DNA of 40,697 bases from an uncultured bacterium. Its GTDB lineage: Bacteria; Myxococcota_A; UBA796. Positions within the stretch are counted from its first letter, which is position 1. Each line of letters starts with the position of its first letter. Both the position numbers and the translations under genes were made by a program. The notes under the pieces are model-generated. The model worked only from the letters and a program-made list of their open reading frames with translations, did no database searches and was not told the DNA's origin. The stretch spans positions 1 through 40,697 of the forward strand of contig CAWVVG010000001.1 of assembly GCA_963932775.1 (NCBI GenBank). The letters run 5' to 3'. Of this stretch, positions 7,940-15,015 are shown in pieces.

Positions 7940-8971
7940 ATGAAGCAACCGAGCTTATTGTGGAAGGCACTGATGTTGGCGGCACTCCCTGCGGCGGTAT
8001 TGTTTGCGACCGCGTGGATGGTAAGCAGACCCTACGGAGTCTGGTTGGCCCTGGCCGAACCCTTGGTCTTGGCGCTTGGCCTCTACGGTGTGGTCTGGGC
8101 GTTAATGGAGCGACGGATGTTGGCTTGTGGCGCCGTTGCCACATCGATGATCGCGGTCACAGTCGTTCTCCACGAGGGTCCCGCAACCGAGGTGGCATTG
8201 CAGGGCGGTTCGGAGGAAATCCGAGCGCTGCGGGGGTGCTCGGTGTTGGGCAAGCCCGCGGAGGGCCCAGTACGGCTCCTCACATGGACGGTGGACCACG
8301 GGCCCCACCTGATCGATGACATCAAACAGGTGATCGCTACCCATCCCGACATTGTGTTGCTTAACGGAACCGACAATCCAGACATCGGCGCCCAGCTCCA
8401 AGAGGCCATGGATGGGGAGGTGAAATTCTTCAAAGGAAGCATCTCAAGCGGGGGCTCGATGGTGGTGACCCGGGGAAGTTTTCAGTTTTGCGGTGGAGAA
8501 AAGGATGAATGGTTGGTGGACTTACCGTCCATGGAGCCCAATGGTGCGCAGGCAATGTTGGGGTTTCCGTATGTGCCGAACATCGGGGTTGTGCCGCTGG
8601 TCTTTACACACCTGGACTCACCCGCAGGAGTGCTGGACGCCTCAGCCTGGGCCGAGCGTGTAGTGAAAGGTGCGGAGACTGTTGCTGCAACGGTGAGGAC
8701 GGTTGGCGGTCGAGGTGTGGTGTTGGTCGGAGACATGCAGGCACCGTCCTCGGCTTCTGTGGCATCTCGGTTTTGGGTGGCTTCTGGGCTGACTCTAGCC
8801 GTCACGGGTCCGAACTGGCCCAATGACGTTGCAGGTATTCCTTTCTTGAGTCAGCACGCGCTGGACCAAGTTTGGGTGGGTTCGGGTTGGCGGGTACAGG
8901 CCACTCGAGTCTTGGAAATCGGAGATCAGCGCAGGTCGGCGGTGATGGTGGACTTGGTCGCTGCCCGGTGA
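7940..8971 (+). CDS. membrane protein with a degenerate endonuclease/exonuclease/phosphatase (EEP)-like domain
   Basis: ORF 7772-8971 trimmed to ATG 7940 (MKQPSLLWKALMLAALPAAVLF), followed by about 3 hydrophobic helices. The soluble part has EEP-like strands VRLLTWTV, HPDIVLLNGT, VVLVGDMQAP. The product assignment is tentative. Confidence 0.55.
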   Translation: MKQPSLLWKALMLAALPAAVLFATAWMVSRPYGVWLALAEPLVLALGLYGVVWALMERRMLACGAVATSMIAVTVVLHEGPATEVALQGGSEEIRALRGCSVLGKPAEGPVRLLTWTVDHGPHLIDDIKQVIATHPDIVLLNGTDNPDIGAQLQEAMDGEVKFFKGSISSGGSMVVTRGSFQFCGGEKDEWLVDLPSMEPNGAQAMLGFPYVPNIGVVPLVFTHLDSPAGVLDASAWAERVVKGAETVAATVRTVGGRGVVLVGDMQAPSSASVASRFWVASGLTLAVTGPNWPNDVAGIPFLSQHALDQVWVGSGWRVQATRVLEIGDQRRSAVMVDLVAAR

Positions 8972-9010
8972 AGCGGAGCAGTGAGGTGCACGAGTCGGTG
9001 CAGGATGACC

Positions 9011-9046
9011 AAAAAAAAGGCCGCCCGAAGGCGGCCTGATTTATTT
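9011..9046. terminator. bidirectional intrinsic terminator between convergent genes
   Basis: A8 tract (9011-9018), stem AGGCCGCC (9018-9025), loop CGAA, stem GGCGGCCT (9030-9037), then the T-rich TGATTTATTT. It sits between the 8971 stop (+) and the 9058 stop (-). Confidence 0.75.
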
Positions 9047-9057
9047 AGAGCCTCAGC

Positions 9058-9795
9058 TTAGAGCCAGCCATCGATCATGGCGTCGCTCAAGCGACCTGGA
9101 TGACCACGCCAGACGATCTTGCCGCCCTTGACTACCGCAGCAGCTGGGATGCCTGATACGTTGAAGTGCTTGGAGAGCTCTCCATCTTCCTTGGCGGTTG
9201 GGTAGCTCACCTTGTTTTCTTTAATGAACTCGACGACCTTCTCTTCGGTGGCAGAGCGGGTGATCTTGGTCAGACCAACCATCTGAATCTTGCCTGTGTA
9301 CTTGTCCCAAGTAGCCTGCATCTTCGGCACCTCGCGACGGCAGTGGGGGCACCAGATTTCCCAGAACACAAGGAGTGTGGGCTTCTCGGATGCGAAGTCG
9401 ATGGTGGTCTCACCGGTGTACCATTTCTCGACACTGAGGCTGGAGGGAGCGGCCTTGCCGATCACCTCGAGCTCACGCTCGATCTTGCGGGCACGGCGGT
9501 ATGCAGTGGTCGTGCCGTACTTGGCCTTGAGTTCACCAAGCTTGGCGCGTGCAACTTCGGTGTCACCATCGCGGACTGCCTTTCCAACTTCTTCGTACAG
9601 AGCGGCAGCAGCTTTCTCTGCCTTCTCATCTTTTGGAGCTGCGGTTTTGCCACCAGTCGCTGCGGCAGCCGCGCCGGCTTCCACCTTTTCTTCAAGTGAA
9701 GCCACCTTTTCTTCGAGGGCTTTCACTCGATCGGCCGTCGCGCAGCCAGCGATAAACGCGAAGGCGCTGAAAATAAGTACACGGTTGAGGGTCAT
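9058..9795 (-). CDS. TlpA/ResA-like thiol-disulfide oxidoreductase lipoprotein
   Basis: ORF trimmed to ATG 9795 (MTLNRVLIFSAFAFIAGC, lipobox), with an AAGGAGAG RBS just upstream. Contains a coiled-coil/Ala-rich linker and a thioredoxin fold with the WCPHC active site (LLVFWEIWCPHCRREVP). Confidence 0.8.
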   Translation of the reverse strand: MTLNRVLIFSAFAFIAGCATADRVKALEEKVASLEEKVEAGAAAAATGGKTAAPKDEKAEKAAAALYEEVGKAVRDGDTEVARAKLGELKAKYGTTTAYRRARKIERELEVIGKAAPSSLSVEKWYTGETTIDFASEKPTLLVFWEIWCPHCRREVPKMQATWDKYTGKIQMVGLTKITRSATEEKVVEFIKENKVSYPTAKEDGELSKHFNVSGIPAAAVVKGGKIVWRGHPGRLSDAMIDGWL

Positions 9796-9909
9796 AGTTG
9801 CTCTCCTTGAGAAGATGGGCGGATATTCCGCGTTGGATTGGCAGGCCACGTATCGATCAAGCCGCCAGCCGGCAACCTAGGGACCAACCTTTGTGGGTTT
9901 GGCCTTGGC

Positions 9910-10938
9910 TTATAGTTCTTTGGCGATGGCCCGAACCTGGAGGAGGTCGATGTTCGCTTCGACGAATCCTTCGGATGTCATCTGCAGCTCTACGCCGTCT
10001 GACCAACGAGACATCAAGCTCTCATCCTTTTCTGCGAGCCGCTCGAGCATGCTGGTCGTCATCATCCTGGGCTCGCCTTCAGGGTCGTCCTTGGCGGGCA
10101 TGAGAGTGCCGACCATGACGCCATCGTGGGCGGGTATCGGACCGCTGATCGCGATCTCTTGGGTCTCGATCACTTGGTCATTCTTGTCTTTGATGGTGGC
10201 CAGTAGCTTGATGTCGGTCATCGCGAACTTGCTCTTGTTCTGCAACAGGAACTGGAACATCGTGATGTTTTCTTCTCGCTGATCGGGCAACTGCATCCAG
10301 GAACTGTTCTTAACGAACACATAGCGATCTGGGTTGTAGACCGGGTCGTAGGATTGTCGCGTCTCTGAGTCAGCAAAATAATAGGCGGGTACCACCGTGT
10401 TGGCTTTCACGTAGCCTTGAGCTCCAGCGGAATTGCGGATTTCGTACCAACTGCCGCGCTTGCCCAGGAGCTGTACGGTGTCGTCTTTTGCGATGCTTCC
10501 GGTTGGGGTCCCACCTTCGGTGGGCTGTGCCTGAATGGAGGTGGCATTGGAGACGATCATCTCGGTCAGTTTCATTCCGGTGGTGCCACCGAGAATCTCA
10601 AGGTCTTCATGGCTGGGCATCTTCTGTCCGAAGTTCCACATTCCTACGATGCCGACGCCAACGATTGCCAGGAGAATCACAATAATGGGGGTCCGGGACC
10701 AGCTCTTGCTAGTGTTCCAGTCGTCGTCGATGTCCTCGACCTCGTTGTCCCCATCAAAATGCTCGGCCAACTCGGGCAGTTCACTGGCGTACAGCCAATC
10801 TGCCGTACCGGGTGGCTGGACCATATCGCCCGGCCCAACTTGACCCGATTGGGCGAGCGTTTTCAGCTCGCTCAAGTCGGCAGCCGAGAATTGGTGGTCT
10901 CCTCGTGTGACCAGCCAGCGCGCCATAAATCGCTCCAA
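9910..10938 (-). CDS. GYF_2-domain / TM / SH3b-domain protein
   Basis: The N-terminus WLVTRGDHQFSAADLSELKTLAQSGQVGPGDMVQPPGTADWLYASELPEL matches the GYF_2 (DUF4339-type) pattern. One TM helix (TPIIVILLAIVGVGIVGMW) follows. An SH3b-like stretch is present (DDTVQLLGKRGSWYEIRNSAGAQGYVKANTV). The start may instead be ATG 10926. Confidence 0.7.
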   Translation of the reverse strand: MERFMARWLVTRGDHQFSAADLSELKTLAQSGQVGPGDMVQPPGTADWLYASELPELAEHFDGDNEVEDIDDDWNTSKSWSRTPIIVILLAIVGVGIVGMWNFGQKMPSHEDLEILGGTTGMKLTEMIVSNATSIQAQPTEGGTPTGSIAKDDTVQLLGKRGSWYEIRNSAGAQGYVKANTVVPAYYFADSETRQSYDPVYNPDRYVFVKNSSWMQLPDQREENITMFQFLLQNKSKFAMTDIKLLATIKDKNDQVIETQEIAISGPIPAHDGVMVGTLMPAKDDPEGEPRMMTTSMLERLAEKDESLMSRWSDGVELQMTSEGFVEANIDLLQVRAIAKEL

Positions 10939-11125
10939 AAGCAGAAAGAATCAGGTGAATCGGACTCGTGTGTACCTCTCAGTCTGCTTGAGGGTCAAGG
11001 ATACAGGGGCCGGTTGGGGCAGGATTGACTGTCAACTGACAAGCTCAGTTGGGTGCGCACCGACCGGGCTTAGGTGGCTGGTTGGATCGGTGACGGATAT
11101 CGGGTGACCACCAATCGGGGATTTT

Positions 11126-11563
11126 GTGCCATTCGAACCCATACCACTGCTGATAGTGATCGATGACGAGCGAGGGTGGTGCATGGGTGTAGTGCCCCGC
11201 CTGACCGAGCTGCTGGAGAACCGTGGCTTCGTGGTGAGCCTGCATCGGTTTCAGGATGGGCCCGTCCGCTTGGATGGCCACCTCGCCGTGGTGGTGGGCG
11301 CTCCGACCTTTGGTCTTGGGTTGCGCAACCGGGCGCCGAGCGACGACTTTACGGCCTTCATTGAGGCCATTGATGGACTCGATGAGATCCAAATGGGTGT
11401 GTTTACCGTGTACCAAGCCTGGCCAGGAGATGCTCTGCAGCGCCTTAAAGGGCTCGCCCTGCGGGTTGGCTCTCGGTTTGTAGCAGCGCATGGGTACCCA
11501 CGATGGGACCTGACCAAAGGAGAACACATCCTGCCAGCCGAATGCATGGTGCGCGTGCGATGA
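11126..11563 (+). CDS. flavodoxin-fold protein (no obvious FMN phosphate loop)
   Basis: 145-aa ORF with a GTG start and GC3-rich codon use. An alternating beta/alpha pattern (LLIVIDD..., LENRGFVVSLH, HLAVVVGAPTFGLG, MGVFTVYQ) resembles Flavodoxin_5/HemG-like proteins. Its stop overlaps the downstream ATG (ATGA, 11560-11563). Confidence 0.5.
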   Translation: MPFEPIPLLIVIDDERGWCMGVVPRLTELLENRGFVVSLHRFQDGPVRLDGHLAVVVGAPTFGLGLRNRAPSDDFTAFIEAIDGLDEIQMGVFTVYQAWPGDALQRLKGLALRVGSRFVAAHGYPRWDLTKGEHILPAECMVRVR

Positions 11564-13227
11564 AAACCCCCAACAACTCCGAGGTTTTTGCGGCATCGCT
11601 GCATTCGGCTGAGAATCGACTTCGTGCGGTCGGGCTTTCGGGGCGGAATGCATACGCGGCCTTGTGTCGAAACCTGGCCAAGCGCTTGAACATACCTGCG
11701 CACTTGTGGATCGATGGCCCAGATGCACCGGCCGATGCCCGCTTAGATCGGATTCCGCTCACTTCGGAGTTGGACCTGTTTGGGCTGGCCTACGAACGGT
11801 TCTTTCCTGAGGTGTTTAAGGCAGAGCACGGGCAGTTCTTCACGCCTCGACCATTGGTGGAGCTGATGACGGATATGGCCGAAGTCCGGCCAGGAGACCG
11901 GGTTCTTGATCCGACCTGTGGCTCAGGCACCTTCCTTGTGGTGGCGCAAAATCGTGGTGCGGAGGTGGAAGGCATCGAAGTGGATCCGGAGCTTGTGGCC
12001 TTGTGCCGGCTGAATCTGGCGCTTCATGGTGCCGACCCTCGGTCGGTCAGACAGGCCGATTTGTTCCGTGATCGGCCCACTGAACAGTGGGATGTGATCC
12101 TCGCCAACCCGCCTTTCTCGGTCAAGATTACTGACCCCATGGCCTTGCAGCACTTCAGTCTGGCCCACGGTCGGGGCCGGGTGGCTTCCGACACCCTGTT
12201 TCTTCAGGCCGCAGCCGACCGGCTTCGGCCCGGAGGGAGGCTCGCCGTTGTGCTCCCGCGCTCGATTCTCTCCAATGACAGTTACGCCTGGTTGCGTTCG
12301 TGGCTCGCAGTTCGCTTCGTTCGAAGGGCCGTCATCTCTTTGCCGGAGGGTGTGTTTCGTCCCTTTGGTGGGACGACGGCTCGAGCGGCTGTGGTGGTTT
12401 TAGAGAAACACCCTGCACCCGCACGGCCTTTTGCCGTAGGAATCGTAGAACACCCTGGCTACGATCCGACTCGGAAGACCTTTCGGCGTACAGATGTCGA
12501 TGAATTGTCCGAGCTTAGAATCGCGTGGTCTCGCAAAGCCATGTTGACTGCTCCAGTGGATTCCCGGTCATGGGTGCCGGAAGAAATCCTTGAGACCTCA
12601 CCGATTCCTGAAGATGTACCGGTACTCACAATGGGGGAGGTCGCTCCGCTTGCCGCGGTTCAGTCCTTTCGCCCCTCCGACCGTGGCCCGGATAGCTTTA
12701 CCGAAATTGACCTCGCAGATGTGGACAAACAGACCGGCGAGGTGGCTGGAGCTAGAGTCCGCATCGGTGCCGAATTCAAGGGGAGTAAGACCCCCTTTGA
12801 TGAAGGTGATCTGTTGTTCGCACGGATTCGTCCCAGCCTGAACAATGTGGTGATCGCCCGCCGACCGCATCCCGACCTACCCGGTGACCTTGCGGGGAGC
12901 TCAGAGTGGATCCGTCTGCAGCCGGAACGGCAAGCCCACTTTGCGCTAGTGGCCGCCCGGTCGAGCTTTGTGAGGGATCAACTCAAGTCAACAGGGGGGC
13001 AGACTCGACCCCGGATCAAGGCGGATGATCTCCCCGGAATCCTTGTGCCGGACCCGGGTAGTGAAAACCGAAGCACCATCGACCGCATCGTGGAGCAGGC
13101 CATGACCGCTCGGCTGGTCGCCCGCCGCCAACTTCATCAAGTCGCGGCACTGTACGAGGCTTTTGGTCTCGGAGAGTTGGACGAGCGTTCCTTGGCCGTC
13201 GGACTCGCGGCCCTCGACGAGGGGTAG
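11560..13227 (+). CDS. gamma-class N6-adenine DNA methyltransferase fused to a single HsdS-type target recognition domain
   Basis: ORF 11503-13227 trimmed to ATG 11560. Has GQFFTPRPLVELM, motif I VLDPTCGSGTFLV, and motif IV VILANPPFS. The C-terminal half has HsdS-like signatures (EGDLLFARIRPSLNNV, GSSEWIRLQP, GGQTRPRIKADDLPGILVPDP) and ends in a coiled-coil tail. Confidence 0.85.
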   Translation: MKTPNNSEVFAASLHSAENRLRAVGLSGRNAYAALCRNLAKRLNIPAHLWIDGPDAPADARLDRIPLTSELDLFGLAYERFFPEVFKAEHGQFFTPRPLVELMTDMAEVRPGDRVLDPTCGSGTFLVVAQNRGAEVEGIEVDPELVALCRLNLALHGADPRSVRQADLFRDRPTEQWDVILANPPFSVKITDPMALQHFSLAHGRGRVASDTLFLQAAADRLRPGGRLAVVLPRSILSNDSYAWLRSWLAVRFVRRAVISLPEGVFRPFGGTTARAAVVVLEKHPAPARPFAVGIVEHPGYDPTRKTFRRTDVDELSELRIAWSRKAMLTAPVDSRSWVPEEILETSPIPEDVPVLTMGEVAPLAAVQSFRPSDRGPDSFTEIDLADVDKQTGEVAGARVRIGAEFKGSKTPFDEGDLLFARIRPSLNNVVIARRPHPDLPGDLAGSSEWIRLQPERQAHFALVAARSSFVRDQLKSTGGQTRPRIKADDLPGILVPDPGSENRSTIDRIVEQAMTARLVARRQLHQVAALYEAFGLGELDERSLAVGLAALDEG

Positions 13228-13249
13228 AGGTCGAACGGGGGTCTCAGCT

Positions 13250-14020
13250 CTACGATTGGTTCTGGCGAAGCCTCATTCGTCCCAGGGCCCTGCTGAGTAT
13301 CCTTCCCATTTTTCGTGCGTCGGCTGGGGTGCTGAGCAGCGCCTGATTCAACTCAAGCTCCAGGTGCGCTGCACCGTGCGATGAGCCGTGCAGGTGGGCC
13401 GCATACATCAACCCATTTCGGCCAGAATAGGGCTGATTGAGTTCCACCCGGAGCCCCTCCGCCGCAATCTCAACCTGAAGGCGCCGTGCAACCGGTTCGT
13501 GGTGGTCAAACAGTACGCCGACATCCATCGTTCGCTTCTCGCTACCCAGTTGAGGCGTGAAAGAATGCACCGACAGGAGCATCACCTCGCCAGGGTGCTT
13601 CTGACGATCCGCCATCGTTCGGTCCACAGCGGCGTGGTAAGGCACGTGGTACCGCTCAATGCGACGGTCGACTTCCTCGATGGTCAGGCGGCTGTTGAAG
13701 CTCAGGATGTGCCCTTCAACGGCACATCGCACCAAGGTCTCATGATTCGGGTCCCGGTTTGCATCTGCGAGCAGACGTGAGAATCGAGAGAAGACTCCGA
13801 TGCTGTGGGTCTGGCGGATGAGCTCGCGGCATACGGTCCTAGCGCCAATGTCCCAACCCCAGTGGGTCGCCAGCCATTCTCGGTCCATTTTTGACGTTCG
13901 CAGGGGTGCAGGGATGCGGTTTGAAGCGTGCTCACAGGTGACCAACAGCGGGCTCGGCCCTATGTAGCCATAGATTTCGTAGCTCTCGCAGGTTTGGTGG
14001 ACGATCGACATTGAGACCAT
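13250..14020 (-). CDS. N-formylglutamate amidohydrolase (FGase) family protein
   Basis: Has PLLVTCEHASNRIP, FSRLLADANRDPNH, YHVPYHAAV, LLSVHSFTP, NQPYSG. The start is ATG 14020 or 14011; the longest ORF reaches 14050. Confidence 0.8.
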   Translation of the reverse strand: MVSMSIVHQTCESYEIYGYIGPSPLLVTCEHASNRIPAPLRTSKMDREWLATHWGWDIGARTVCRELIRQTHSIGVFSRFSRLLADANRDPNHETLVRCAVEGHILSFNSRLTIEEVDRRIERYHVPYHAAVDRTMADRQKHPGEVMLLSVHSFTPQLGSEKRTMDVGVLFDHHEPVARRLQVEIAAEGLRVELNQPYSGRNGLMYAAHLHGSSHGAAHLELELNQALLSTPADARKMGRILSRALGRMRLRQNQS

Positions 14021-14127
14021 CCTACTTGTGTACGGAATTAAATGGATCAATTTGCTTGCTGGACGTGGGGGTAAGTCCGGGACACATTGGTGGTCGGTAA
14101 CAACCCAATTGAGAGGTTAGAAGGACA

Positions 14128-15015
14128 ATGTTGACTGTGCTATTGGCGATGGCTTGTGGAGTCTTTGAGGGTTCAGGCTTGCCTGATCATGCCGTAGCCG
14201 TCCGGGCGCAATTGGCCGAAGCGTTGGTAGAACGGGATCCTTCTGTGGTGGGTCCTCTCGCCGAGAAAGCCTCGGAATGGGAGGGGAAAGACGGAGATCT
14301 TGACCGGTTGTTGGGGGATGCTCTCGCCAATGTCTTGATGCACCCACAAGATGGGCTTCGCCTTCTTCGGTCTCGGCCAGATCCTGGGAATTCTTCCTGG
14401 GTGGAGGCGATCAAAGCGGCCAGTGTACGGATGGGCGATCCGGTTGTCATGAAAGCTACATGGGCTGAACTTGGGGAGCGAGTGCCCTCATTCGACAACC
14501 CCGTCGTTCCTCAGCTTGTACAGCAACTCCTCTCTGACCCAGCGCTGGCGAGCGATCGGGCTGTGGCGGGCATCGATGGATGTGCGCTTTTAGACCAACA
14601 GCCGTCAGTGGGTCGAAAGGAATTGGACCACCGGGCGGGTCCAGGTTTGCTGAAAGTGGGCGCGTTGATGGGAGCGGACCAAGTCGTTGTTGGGCGGCCG
14701 CTGTATCGTTCCGACCCAGGTCCCCAGACCGGTCGTGGCCCCCTTCAGTGCGTGCGGAAGGTTCTCTTGGAAGATGGCTGGCCCGAGCCGCTCTCTCGCA
14801 CCCTGACTGTGGGCCTGAGGCAAGGGCAGCGGAAAGTGTTCATTGATATCAAAGGCGATAATGGCGAAGCATGGGCGTACGCCGCCTCCGATCAAGTGGC
14901 TGGGGGACGCATGCTTCGTGCCCTGGACTTGCTGGGCAGCGAACAGGGCGAGGAACAACTCCGGGCGATGCTTGAGCGAGGTCTCTGGGCCGTAGATGCG
15001 GCTGGAGCACCATGA
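14128..15015 (+). CDS. hypothetical lipoprotein
   Basis: 295-aa ORF with a GAAGGA RBS. The N-terminus MLTVLLAMAC has a lipobox-like Cys. I recognise no family. Confidence 0.6.
   Translation: MLTVLLAMACGVFEGSGLPDHAVAVRAQLAEALVERDPSVVGPLAEKASEWEGKDGDLDRLLGDALANVLMHPQDGLRLLRSRPDPGNSSWVEAIKAASVRMGDPVVMKATWAELGERVPSFDNPVVPQLVQQLLSDPALASDRAVAGIDGCALLDQQPSVGRKELDHRAGPGLLKVGALMGADQVVVGRPLYRSDPGPQTGRGPLQCVRKVLLEDGWPEPLSRTLTVGLRQGQRKVFIDIKGDNGEAWAYAASDQVAGGRMLRALDLLGSEQGEEQLRAMLERGLWAVDAAGAP

Noticed and set aside
11045-11728. 227-aa minus-strand ORF spanning the flavodoxin-fold gene and the methyltransferase start
   Set aside because: It is His/Pro/Trp-rich with no motifs. It conflicts with two + strand genes that have sensible codon usage and an ATGA junction.
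11126-14050. Complete Type I restriction-modification system
   Set aside because: Only the M-S fusion is present. Neither the flanking genes nor the remaining frames show HsdR helicase/nuclease or other endonuclease motifs, so I call it a solitary methyltransferase.
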